From an uncultured virus (IMG/VR IMGVR_UViG_3300033069_000856) (taxonomy: Duplodnaviria > Heunggongvirae > Uroviricota > Caudoviricetes), in IMG/VR virus record IMGVR_UViG_3300033069_000856: a stretch of 64,000 bases of DNA; one strand, given 5' to 3'. Of this stretch, positions 39,820 to 48,473 are shown piece by piece. How positions within the stretch are numbered: position 1 is the stretch's first letter; every line of letters starts with the position of its first letter. The notes beneath the pieces are model-generated. The model had not been told where the DNA came from. It saw only the letters and a program-made list of their open reading frames with translations, and did no database searches. A program made the position numbers and the translations under genes.

Positions 39820-39850
39820 TTTCTGGCATATATGCGTCAATATATCTTGG
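39815..39850 (+). promoter_or_regulatory. 36-nt promoter-like motif, copy 9 (plus-strand orientation)
   Basis: cttaatttctggcatatatgcgtcaatatatcttgg aligns without gaps to the reverse complement of copy 1 (cttaac...gtcattatatattga). Confidence 0.65.
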
Positions 39851-40297
39851 ACCTGTCTTTAGACTTTCAGTCTGATTGATGGGTATAGTCCCTCCCTTGG
39901 AACGCCGCCTGGGGTCCTAGCCCCTTGCCTGAGTTGAGCCTTAGTTCCCGCTCTGTGCTCCTCAGCTGCCGTACAGTCACATGTACGGCAGCGGCACAGC
40001 CCCACCAGTTAATTATGGCCGAAACCACTCCCCTCCCCCTAGTACGGTCCAGCAGAGCGTATGTGGCGGAGAATGTGGTTTATCTGGGTTAGTCGTAACA
40101 CCCAGTAGGCGGTGGAGCAATCCACTGATAACCATTTTGGCTTGTGGGGCTTTGCCGCTGTAAAAGGCGGGGGCGCTAAGGTGCCCAGTTGTTCAGGTGC
40201 ATTAATATTATGTCACTTAGAGAGTAGCGGTCGGTTAGCCGACTATGATGGGCCAATTAGGCTCCTCTCGCTGGACACTGGGTACCTTAGCGCCCCT
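39851..40297 (+). ncRNA. unidentified large structured RNA or leader (about 450 nt)
   Basis: no credible ORF; many stems with plus-strand G-U pairs, a GCAA tetraloop and a 20-bp stem 40170-40189/40277-40296; promoter motif immediately upstream. Confidence 0.6.
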
Positions 40298-40312
40298 TAC
40301 AAGGAGATAAGA

Positions 40313-40528
40313 ATGGTCAGCGTGGTTGCTATCAAGGACGGGAGCAACAAGAAGCCGGTATTCGACTGTGTCATCAAGGAAGATGATCACGAGGGACTTG
40401 GAAGAGTCTGTGAGTCCCTGAAGTTGGATCAGCCTGTGTTTGACGAGGCTGTGGCTTCAGCGATTTTCAATAAAAAGAAAGTCGCCTTGACAGTTCGCGG
40501 GATGAGGGTTGTAATCCAAGCCGATTGA
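40313..40528 (+). CDS. hypothetical protein (71 aa)
   Basis: SD aaggag then ATG 40313. Confidence 0.6.
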   Translation: MVSVVAIKDGSNKKPVFDCVIKEDDHEGLGRVCESLKLDQPVFDEAVASAIFNKKKVALTVRGMRVVIQAD

Positions 40529-40574
40529 TTCTCGCAGAGCCTGCGAGAATCGAGTAGACTATAGGTAAGCCCTT

Positions 40575-40626
40575 AAGGGCTCCATTCTTTTTGCTGTTCA
40601 TATATAACAAAAAGAATGGAGCCCTT
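40575..40626. repeat. 19-bp perfect inverted repeat
   Basis: aagggctccattctttttg / caaaaagaatggagccctt. Confidence 0.85.
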
Positions 40627-40698
40627 CGTTTCTTAACCGCTAACTGCTCTCCCATTTGTTTTACGTATTGAGATATCTATGGTTGGAACCCTACAATA

Positions 40699-41061
40699 AT
40701 GGCTCGTCGCAGCAAAGCGAAGAGATGGAAGGAAAGACTTCAAACCCCGCATAAGCGGATAACGAAGCTAGACCTTCTAATAGATCCAACCATACCCGTT
40801 CCATTGAGCCGAGAAAAAGCTCGAGAGCTTAAAGCTTGGCTCAACGAATATAAAGCTAAATCAGGTTGTGTCAATAGCTGCGGGGAGACCCACCCTGCAG
40901 CTTTGAGCTTTCATCATAGAGTGCGGTCTCAGAAGGCCTTTTGCATTGGCGAAAGTCATAAGCTCGGTAAGACTAAGACCCAGGTCGAAGCCGAGGTTGC
41001 TAAATGTGATGTCATCTGCCATAATTGTCACGCTAAATTGCATTGGCGTGAGACCCACTAA
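40699..41061 (+). CDS. small HNH endonuclease
   Basis: CVNSCG...LSFHH...KCDVICHNCHAKLH. Confidence 0.8.
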   Translation: MARRSKAKRWKERLQTPHKRITKLDLLIDPTIPVPLSREKARELKAWLNEYKAKSGCVNSCGETHPAALSFHHRVRSQKAFCIGESHKLGKTKTQVEAEVAKCDVICHNCHAKLHWRETH

Positions 41062-41101
41062 ACAGTAAATTAACAAACAAATAAGATCACGGAGGTGCTC
41101 C

Positions 41102-42523
41102 TTGCGAGTCGCTGTCGTGTTTGGCGTTTTCTCCGATACTAACAAACGGACACCTGCTCCGTTTGTTCGCGCTAATACCCTTAGCGTGATCACTGTCGCT
41201 AATCCCCATTGTGCTGTCACCATGAACCTGCGGAGTGTCATTCCTCAGGATAACGGTGATATTCACATCGGGGCTGTCGGTTACCCGTACACCCCTGAGA
41301 AGCACGATCTCTCTATCAAAGAGGTTCGGGCTACGAAGAGTGGAAAGGTGAACTTCAAGAGCTCTTCCAAGTCAGCCTCCGGCGTGCCGGTGGAGTTCGA
41401 CTTCAACTCCAAGAAGTGGCTCGACATCAACGGTAAAGAACACCATGCTTCTGGTGTTAAGCCGGTTGAGGTTCGGTACAACTTCAAGGAAAAGCGGTAC
41501 CTGGACTCAGCGGGGGTGGCCTACCCCTATGAGTTCGTGCGTTTCCGCTTCTACAACAGCTTCGTTCTGGACAACCACCGGCGTGCGTTAGAGGCCGGGC
41601 AGACCAGCAACCAAGACCAGCCCTACATCAACTGGATGGAGGAGATCGAGGCCAAGAAGGGTGGGCATGTCCTTGACGAGGGTGTGCCCATCGGCAGGGC
41701 CATGTCCGATATCCTTCGTCAGTTGTACATCAATCGAGAGCTGGCGCTGACCTCTCAGATTGAGATGCCTGAGTTCTTTGTCAGCAGCGTTACCCCTATC
41801 GAGTACGACAACGATGTGCTTGACCAGGATATCCTCACCATTGCGAGGAGTCCTGGCAATCGGTTGGCGTGTGAGCGCCCTCCGTTTGAAGGGTTCATCC
41901 AGGGTGCTACCCATGACGGTGAGTCCATGCTGGTGGACTTCCAGCGAGTCTCAAGGGCGACAACGCCCAAGGGTCACATTTTCAAGGTAACGGACGCTCC
42001 TCAGACAATCGTTATCCCGGATCCGAACCAAGTGGTCTCGGTGAATGGGGAGCCTATTGATCTGGCTGTGGGTACCGAAGTCCACCCGTCCAGGGTCGTG
42101 AATCCGTTGAAGGCGGTAATGCGGCTCATCCCGTATGACCCCAGCTATGCGTCCATCAGAGAGGTGGAAGAGCGCTGTGGAAAGGCGCTCATCCACTACG
42201 TTCGACAGCAGCTAGTCGAACAGTCCACCCCGGTTATCCAAGGCATCAAGAGCGTAGCCCTGCGGTACGTTAAGAAGCTGCCACCGGACTACAACCCCAA
42301 CAACGTCTGGGCTCGTACAGGGCACAGCCAGTACATCTATGAAATGCCCGTTGGGGCGTTCACAGGTCAGATTGGCCGTATCAAGTACGACTTCCTGCAC
42401 CACCCATGGTTTGATCGATCAGCATCGTACTACAGTAAGAGAGAGCCTGTAGGCCTGCGCCCCGGCACCCCGGTTCGGGTTGTCGATAAGCAGGCAAACC
42501 CTGGTGTTCCTCAGAACGCGTGA
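41102..42523 (+). CDS. hypothetical protein (473 aa)
   Basis: SD ggagg, TTG start. Confidence 0.7.
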   Translation: MRVAVVFGVFSDTNKRTPAPFVRANTLSVITVANPHCAVTMNLRSVIPQDNGDIHIGAVGYPYTPEKHDLSIKEVRATKSGKVNFKSSSKSASGVPVEFDFNSKKWLDINGKEHHASGVKPVEVRYNFKEKRYLDSAGVAYPYEFVRFRFYNSFVLDNHRRALEAGQTSNQDQPYINWMEEIEAKKGGHVLDEGVPIGRAMSDILRQLYINRELALTSQIEMPEFFVSSVTPIEYDNDVLDQDILTIARSPGNRLACERPPFEGFIQGATHDGESMLVDFQRVSRATTPKGHIFKVTDAPQTIVIPDPNQVVSVNGEPIDLAVGTEVHPSRVVNPLKAVMRLIPYDPSYASIREVEERCGKALIHYVRQQLVEQSTPVIQGIKSVALRYVKKLPPDYNPNNVWARTGHSQYIYEMPVGAFTGQIGRIKYDFLHHPWFDRSASYYSKREPVGLRPGTPVRVVDKQANPGVPQNA

Positions 42524-42531
42524 CAACTTAA

Positions 42532-42560
42532 CGAGTGTGGGGCACAAACTCCCACACTCG
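42532..42560 (+). terminator. hairpin (terminator or processing site) ahead of MxTL cluster 2
   Basis: cgagtgtggg-gcacaaact-cccacactcg. Confidence 0.45.
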
Positions 42561-42574
42561 ATTTCGGGGAGAAC

Positions 42575-42937
42575 ATGAAGACCTTAAACACAACACGAAA
42601 GATCATCTTATGTAGTGCTTACTGGGTAAGAGGTGAGAGGAGTGGTTACTACACCCCTTGGGTGCGGTCTGTCAATATCCTTAAGTGCCCAGACTTTCAG
42701 CATGGGCATCTAAAGATCGCAGTTATCTCCGATAGGAGAGAGTTACAAAAGCCTAAATCTATGCGGGCTCTTATACAGTTTGCTAAACGCAAGAAACGTG
42801 CACCATCGATGACAGCCACTATCAATGGTAGGACGAGTCAAACGTACCTTCACATGGCATATGTGGTGGATTTGGTCGTCCCCCCTGCGGATGCCTCTGT
42901 GCCATTGCCGAAAGTTAAGAGGTACATCCAGATATGA
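42575..42937 (+). CDS. MxTL-family protein (MKTLN)
   Basis: SD ggag; PW motif. Confidence 0.7.
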   Translation: MKTLNTTRKIILCSAYWVRGERSGYYTPWVRSVNILKCPDFQHGHLKIAVISDRRELQKPKSMRALIQFAKRKKRAPSMTATINGRTSQTYLHMAYVVDLVVPPADASVPLPKVKRYIQI

Positions 42938-43251
42938 AAACGCTGATTGATCGGGAGCTTCTGTTGACTCCCGTAGGTATGCCTCAATGGGGGTCTAGAG
43001 AGGATGCGTTTGCTAGCCTGTCAACTGTAGCTGGTAGCGAGTATACGACATACTTCGGCAATGACAGGTATAGGGTCAGGGTCTTTTGGAATTGGGCAAG
43101 TGTAAGTTTACCTCGCATTGCCGGATACCCAGTGTCCGAAAGTAAAACTGATCCGTGTATTTGGAGGCTGTACAAATCACTGGCCAATTCCCCAATGATT
43201 GGGCAGACATGGAATACTGATGAAAATACTACGGCCTTGTTACATCAATAA
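42934..43251 (+). CDS. MxTL-family protein (MKTLI)
   Basis: ATGA overlap. Confidence 0.7.
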   Translation: MKTLIDRELLLTPVGMPQWGSREDAFASLSTVAGSEYTTYFGNDRYRVRVFWNWASVSLPRIAGYPVSESKTDPCIWRLYKSLANSPMIGQTWNTDENTTALLHQ

Positions 43252-43648
43252 GGATTTCAAGCTCTTTGTAACGTTTCTTAAGGACATCCAAAGTGAGATG
43301 TTCTTTGCACTGGGCGCACACTACTTGATAGCGTGCCCATACAAGGGGCCATACGCAGGTGCAAAGCCCGCTGTCTGGAGTAGCAGCAAGTACTCAGACG
43401 CCTTCATCGAAAGAGCCACAAGCATCTTTCATAAGAGGTACGTGCTGTTCAGGAAATCTCCATTCTTAAACGTAACCAGGGTAAAAACGGTTAATGATAG
43501 GGAGTTGCACACTGTCTTCCTATCCAGAACTAATACGGCTATAGCTAAGATATTGACTGATCCTCATTTAATTTATAGCTTGCAGAACTGGTGGGGGGTA
43601 AAAGGTACCCCCGAATTCTTCTATTTCACTGACTTCTTTCCGTCTTAA
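43220..43648 (+). CDS. MxTL-family variant (MKIL)
   Basis: overlapping start. Confidence 0.6.
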   Translation: MKILRPCYINKDFKLFVTFLKDIQSEMFFALGAHYLIACPYKGPYAGAKPAVWSSSKYSDAFIERATSIFHKRYVLFRKSPFLNVTRVKTVNDRELHTVFLSRTNTAIAKILTDPHLIYSLQNWWGVKGTPEFFYFTDFFPS

Positions 43649-43667
43649 TTTTGTTGGAATTTTGCAT

Positions 43668-44306
43668 ATGAAAACTTTGTCAAAGCCTCGTTCGAAGATG
43701 TTCATGACTCCCCGCCACGACAAGGCATACTGCCATGTCTTAGCCTGGTTGTTTGACACCTTCACTCTACCTGTTCAGAAATCCAGCTACAAATGCGCTA
43801 TCGGGTTTAATATCGAGAAACAGCGCGCTACAAAGAGTACCCCTGAACACTTGAAGTACTGGTCGTTCAGTGTAACCTCAGGTGTACTTAACGGAACTCC
43901 TGTCCTTCAAACGCAGACAAACATGTCAGCCTCGTCTGCAAAGCGTAGTAATGTTGGAGAGGTGCTCGACGTCGGGACCCACTTGTTGAGAATAGTCTCC
44001 AAAGACCAAGAAATTACTCCTTCCAAGATTACCCGTAGGTACGCGTGGTATTCGTACAATACGGATCTTGGATATACCGAAGAAATGCTGCAGAGTATCC
44101 CAGGGGCTACAAAGGACGAGTCTCCGGTTACCAAGTCCGTGCAGGTTCATTGCTCGGTCTCGTCTTCCTACTATGAGCCCCGTGTCAGCATCAAGGGTGT
44201 GTCAGAGCATAGGATGACTGTCTGTGATTATGCACCTATTAGCTCTGTCCACTCACCTTGGCTATCCACAGTAGGAGTCTGGTATAAAAACTCTAAGAAA
44301 AAATAA
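43668..44306 (+). CDS. MxTL-family protein (MKTLS, 212 aa)
   Basis: ATG 43668. Confidence 0.7.
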   Translation: MKTLSKPRSKMFMTPRHDKAYCHVLAWLFDTFTLPVQKSSYKCAIGFNIEKQRATKSTPEHLKYWSFSVTSGVLNGTPVLQTQTNMSASSAKRSNVGEVLDVGTHLLRIVSKDQEITPSKITRRYAWYSYNTDLGYTEEMLQSIPGATKDESPVTKSVQVHCSVSSSYYEPRVSIKGVSEHRMTVCDYAPISSVHSPWLSTVGVWYKNSKKK

Positions 44307-44553
44307 GACGTCTCACCTGTGCTCATTCTTCAAAGACGAGGAATTCCGAGCTACGTGCGACAAGGTGTTTGCCCATATAACCATTAAAGCGTCTTGGCAT
44401 GAGAACCCAGATAAGAGCTATGGCCGGTATAGGGCTATCTCATTCCGCGACAGATTTAGTGCAAATGGTAACGCTGTACATGTTGATAGCGTCCTCCATA
44501 TCATTTGCCAGAAAGAGGTAACCTACCCAGGATTTGCCATTGAAAACCTTTAA
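44284..44553 (+). CDS. MxTL-family protein with ATA start (ATA-AAA-ACT-CTA)
   Basis: SD aggag upstream; open and in frame with the 44365 ORF. Confidence 0.6.
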   Translation: MKTLRKNKTSHLCSFFKDEEFRATCDKVFAHITIKASWHENPDKSYGRYRAISFRDRFSANGNAVHVDSVLHIICQKEVTYPGFAIENL

Positions 44554-44851
44554 CCCGGTTGAAGATAAGTCCATCAGAATTGAACTCCGATCTTGGAGGG
44601 GGTACATCCTTGCGCCTTCCATTGATGTGTTTCTGTTCCGTTCGGTTGATTGCGAAAGGATGCGTAGATTTAGCTCTGTCATCCAAGTGATCCTTGTTAA
44701 GGACACATCTACGTCAGGTGGAGTCTACTTACGTCGTGCACCCAACGCACAATCTGCCCTCGAATTTATAGCCACTGTTGCCCCTAATTGCCGATGTAAG
44801 AGGACCAAGGAGACGTTCTATGAATTCGGCTTTAGAATCAACAGACTTTGA
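44540..44851 (+). CDS. MxTL-family variant (MKTF)
   Basis: TTG start, 14-nt overlap. Confidence 0.6.
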   Translation: MKTFNPVEDKSIRIELRSWRGYILAPSIDVFLFRSVDCERMRRFSSVIQVILVKDTSTSGGVYLRRAPNAQSALEFIATVAPNCRCKRTKETFYEFGFRINRL

Positions 44852-45134
44852 CGCCTTCAGAAACCCTTCGACAAGGGCAGCTAGGCTGGGGTATACCGCG
44901 TTTGAGTTGATCAGGCAGTCAATCATTTCAGCAGCGTTTGACCGCCCTAGGTGCTACATCAATGTTCGTAGGTTCAACGCTGGTTCAACTATGGCGGATT
45001 TCACTGAGATCTGTGTATTCAATTGCACGGATCACTATCAACCGGGTTTCTGTGTTCATGAATCAGAGGCAATAGAGCAACTATGTTCACGCTGGACACT
45101 AAAAAAGCCACAGGCTGCATCAAACAGTTCATAG
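44820..45134 (+). CDS. small protein within MxTL cluster 2 (MNSAL)
   Basis: SD aaggag. Confidence 0.55.
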   Translation: MNSALESTDFDAFRNPSTRAARLGYTAFELIRQSIISAAFDRPRCYINVRRFNAGSTMADFTEICVFNCTDHYQPGFCVHESEAIEQLCSRWTLKKPQAASNSS

Positions 45135-45502
45135 TTGAGCTGGACGACAAGCAGCCTACGTATAACAGTTTGCGGTCTTTGTGTAAAAGCAAAAAGCTGA
45201 CCGGCAATTTACGAGTAAGATTTGATCATTGGCTCACTTCGAATTTCCGTGATATACGCGCCAATGGGTGCACTGATATGAGCCCAAGGTTTGTATGGGG
45301 TACCACACCAGCGTGGTGTTGGAAGAGTGTTCCTGAGTTAGTGATGTTCTATACAGTAGACATTTTTTCTTGGGATACACCGCCCATGACAGTGGGTAGA
45401 GTACCATCCCCAAACAACATGTACCAGTTAGTCCCGAATAATCGTAAAATTAAGCCTGTGCGTTTCGCAAACATTTTTGGTGCCTTGAAACACGTCCTTT
45501 AA
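45083..45502 (+). CDS. MxTL-family protein (MFTLD)
   Basis: overlapping start. Confidence 0.6.
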   Translation: MFTLDTKKATGCIKQFIVELDDKQPTYNSLRSLCKSKKLTGNLRVRFDHWLTSNFRDIRANGCTDMSPRFVWGTTPAWCWKSVPELVMFYTVDIFSWDTPPMTVGRVPSPNNMYQLVPNNRKIKPVRFANIFGALKHVL

Positions 45503-45514
45503 AAGGAAAAACGA

Positions 45515-46000
45515 ATGACGACCAAGAACGAAACCCCCGCAAAGAAGACCGAAGACGCAGTTGACAACTTCATCCGCAAGCCTGACAAGACGCCCCAGTT
45601 CTCCGACATGGACGGCGCCAAGCTCTACAAGCGCATCTTCGAGGAGCCCTTCGGCATCACCTACCAGCAGTTCACCGGCGCCACCCTGCGCTTCCTGATC
45701 GAGAAGTGCATGACCAGCCTCACCCTCGAGCGCAGCATGTGCTTCGAGAAGAGCAAGTTCTTCGGCTTCTACCCTGGCGGCGACAAGGACAAGATCGACG
45801 GCTACCCCGTGGCCTTCGCGGTCAAGCCCATGACCTCCTTCCGCAGCGAGGCCGGGTTCGGCTGCATCGGTGACATCAACAAGCCCGAGTTCGGGGATGT
45901 CGCCGCTGTGCAGCTGTTCCTCGGCTGCATCGGTCGCTCTTACTTCAAGGGCATCAACTTCGAGATGGTGGAAGACGTCAAGCCTGCCAAGGCTGGCTAA
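45515..46000 (+). CDS. hypothetical protein, strongly C/G-ending codons
   Basis: SD aagga. Confidence 0.7.
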   Translation: MTTKNETPAKKTEDAVDNFIRKPDKTPQFSDMDGAKLYKRIFEEPFGITYQQFTGATLRFLIEKCMTSLTLERSMCFEKSKFFGFYPGGDKDKIDGYPVAFAVKPMTSFRSEAGFGCIGDINKPEFGDVAAVQLFLGCIGRSYFKGINFEMVEDVKPAKAG

Positions 46001-46073
46001 TCCATCGCCTCTGTCCAAGAACCGTTTCAACGTCAAATAACAGTCCTCTAGACTTGCAACCACGAAAGAAACC

Positions 46074-47291
46074 ATGGCAAAGACAGAAACCAAGACTCCC
46101 GCCAAGAACCCTGACTACTGCTGCAAGGTCAAGCGCTCGGACTTCAACGAGCTCAAGGCCCGCATGGAAGCCAGCCGTCGCAACTTCGGTCCCTGCGACT
46201 TTAAGGCAGCGGAGAAGGCGCTCTTCAACATCTACGACAAGATGGGATTCAACCGCCCCAAAATCATCAAGGTGGCTGGGTTCCACGAGCTCTACACCAA
46301 GTTCAATGACGGCACCATCAAGGCCAGCACGCTCGCGTCGCCCCTCATGCGGGACTTCGCGTGCCACGCCGCCTTCGACAACAAGCAGGACCTCAGCAAG
46401 TTCCCCGGCTACGTCAACATCCTCTCTGAGTTTGTTGTCAACCCGAACGAGCTGCGGGTCATGCAGGAGGAGCAGCGGCGCCAAGGCCGTGCTGTCACTG
46501 AGAAGCTGAACCTCGAAGAGCCCTCCTCCAGGATGGCCTTCGACAGCTTCTACCAGGGCTTCACCGCCCTGGATGCCGAGGCGTCCCCGCTCCACACGTT
46601 CATGGACATTCTCACTACCGAGAAGAAGGTCCCCCTGGAGCGCGCTCTCCAGTTCGTCGTCCAGCACATCTCCACGATGAAGCTGGTCTACTTCGCCTCG
46701 CTCATGGCCCGCTCTGAGTTCGGCATCTTCCCCTTCAACACCTGGGAGCACGACTGGGTTGACCTCGCGGACAACTGCGGGTTCTTCGTTCCCTACGGCG
46801 ACACCGTGGTCCTCGGAGAGCGCCCGGTTCGTGTCAGCCAGGACGATCGCCTCCGCCTCGACAACGAGAAGGAAGCGGCGTTCGAAGGTCGGGATGGCCT
46901 CAAGATCTACTACGTCGACGGGGTTCGCCTCTCCGACTCGAAGATCGTGACCAACCCGAAGTCCCAGACGATCGACGAGATCGTCAAGGAGCCGAATGCG
47001 GAAATCCGTGCAATCCGCATGCGGCTCTTCGGTATGCTCGAGTTCGTCCAGAAGACGAACCCGAGGGTGATCGACAAGCGGGACCCGGCCCAGTCCAGCC
47101 GCAAGATCATCGAGATGCTCTGCGAATCCGACGCCATCCAGGGTCGGCGCATCTTCGTGTGCCAGTGCATCAGCACTGGCCGCGTCTTCAACCTCTACGT
47201 ACCCCAGAACATCAACACCTGCGGTCAGGCTCAGGAATGGCTTATGGGTCAGCCAGGAATCACTGAGAAGGACTGCCTGTTGACGACTTGA
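46074..47291 (+). CDS. DUF6745-like domain protein
   Basis: ERP.....D...RL.....A....DG..IY..DGV...EPNAEIR...CISTGRVF.L.VP....C..A..W. Confidence 0.7.
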   Translation: MAKTETKTPAKNPDYCCKVKRSDFNELKARMEASRRNFGPCDFKAAEKALFNIYDKMGFNRPKIIKVAGFHELYTKFNDGTIKASTLASPLMRDFACHAAFDNKQDLSKFPGYVNILSEFVVNPNELRVMQEEQRRQGRAVTEKLNLEEPSSRMAFDSFYQGFTALDAEASPLHTFMDILTTEKKVPLERALQFVVQHISTMKLVYFASLMARSEFGIFPFNTWEHDWVDLADNCGFFVPYGDTVVLGERPVRVSQDDRLRLDNEKEAAFEGRDGLKIYYVDGVRLSDSKIVTNPKSQTIDEIVKEPNAEIRAIRMRLFGMLEFVQKTNPRVIDKRDPAQSSRKIIEMLCESDAIQGRRIFVCQCISTGRVFNLYVPQNINTCGQAQEWLMGQPGITEKDCLLTT

Positions 47292-47383
47292 GCTCGGAAA
47301 CCTGATACACTAGTTAGATCGAACCGCTGGACCGAAAACAGCAACAAGATACATACTCGCTTTGGTTTGCAAAAGGAATCGTT

Positions 47384-47911
47384 ATGAACAAGACCGCTGC
47401 CCCCGTGTCCACCGAGCTCGCCTCCCTCAAGACCGCTGCCGACATCGCCAAGGCGATCCAGGCAAACAAGGCCCTGCTGGAGAACCGCTCGGCGGATGAC
47501 AACCGCGTCGCCACCTTCGGTGACGCGGCCAAGCCCAGCGAGTTCGCTCGCCAGGGTGACATCTACGCCATCTACTACGGCGCCGAGGTCGGCAACTGCT
47601 GGAAGAAGATCGAGGCCCCGAGCGGGCTCCAGCTGGCTCCCGGCAACAACCCCGGCAGCCGCCACATCCTGAGCCACGGCAACGGTGTGACGTTCTACGA
47701 GGTGAACTTCAAGGACACGCCCGACCCCAAGAACCCCAGCAAGAAGATGGCTTTCGAGCCCACGCTGGTCGGGATGGCGTTCAAGACCGAGAAGCGCGTG
47801 ACCATCACGCACCCCGAGCACGACCACATCGACCTGGCCCCGGGCGTCTACATCATCACGTTCCAGCGCGAGGCGACCGACGTCTCGGCGTTCCGCCGCG
47901 TCCTGGACTGA
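47384..47911 (+). CDS. conserved RQGD-type partner of DUF6745 proteins
   Basis: RQGD, LAPG...GSRH, HPEH..I.L.PG.Y....QRE...RRV.D. Confidence 0.7.
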   Translation: MNKTAAPVSTELASLKTAADIAKAIQANKALLENRSADDNRVATFGDAAKPSEFARQGDIYAIYYGAEVGNCWKKIEAPSGLQLAPGNNPGSRHILSHGNGVTFYEVNFKDTPDPKNPSKKMAFEPTLVGMAFKTEKRVTITHPEHDHIDLAPGVYIITFQREATDVSAFRRVLD

Positions 47912-47949
47912 TCCTCTGCCGGTAATACCGGCACAAGTTAGCTAGTCAA

Positions 47950-47982
47950 GAGCCGGGGGCAGAAATGTCCCCGGCTTCTTTT
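47950..47982 (+). terminator. intrinsic terminator
   Basis: agccgggggca-gaaa-tgtccccggct then tctttt. Confidence 0.6.
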
Positions 47983-48438
47983 ATGCAGACATTTTTGCCA
48001 CACACTGGTTTTCATGAATCTGCCAGTTGCTTAGACAGGGCTAGACTAGGTAAACAAAGAGTAGAGGTTTTACAACTGCTCACTGCCCTGTCTATGAAGG
48101 CTGAAGGTATTAAGTCTGGCTGGCAGAACCACCCAGCGTGCCTGATGTGGGTAGGCCATAGGTATGCCCTAGCTGCGTATGGAATTGCCGTGTGCGATGA
48201 ATGGATTAGCAGAGGGTATAAAGACACGCTGCGACCTAGGTTACAGTCTATTCTTAAGGAATTAGAGTCCATCGGGGAATCCCTAGAAAACCCAGCTTGG
48301 TTGGGGGTACATGAGTTCCATGCCTCCCATCGAGCTCGTCTTCTAATGAAAGACCCTGAGCATTACGGTAAGTTTGGGTGGGTAGAAGAACCCTGCGGCC
48401 CTGAAGGGTATTGGTGGCCGACAAAGAACGGATACTAA
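47983..48438 (+). CDS. pyrimidine-dimer DNA glycosylase-like protein (MSMEG_6728/DenV type)
   Basis: MQTFLP, LD..RLGKQRVE, GW.NHPA..MW, EW..RGYKD, H.SHR..L..KDP..Y. Confidence 0.85.
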   Translation: MQTFLPHTGFHESASCLDRARLGKQRVEVLQLLTALSMKAEGIKSGWQNHPACLMWVGHRYALAAYGIAVCDEWISRGYKDTLRPRLQSILKELESIGESLENPAWLGVHEFHASHRARLLMKDPEHYGKFGWVEEPCGPEGYWWPTKNGY

Positions 48439-48473
48439 CTAAAGCAGCAGAGCTTAACGGTTCTGCTGGTTTT

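Noticed and set aside
39993..40008. ccccacca as a tRNA or tmRNA 3' end
   Set aside because: No T-loop (TTCRA) or cloverleaf upstream
40112..40312. N-terminal extension of the 40112-40528 ORF, and the 39981-40163 ORF
   Set aside because: No SD, and they run through stable stems; ATG 40313 has a strong SD
39851..41061. ncRNA plus HNH as a HEARO/IscB system or a retron
   Set aside because: The HNH is only 120 aa with no RuvC or PLMP parts, another gene intervenes, and no reverse transcriptase is present
47983..48438. MQTFLP start as an MxTL member
   Set aside because: MQTFLP is the conserved N-terminus of MSMEG_6728/DenV-like glycosylases
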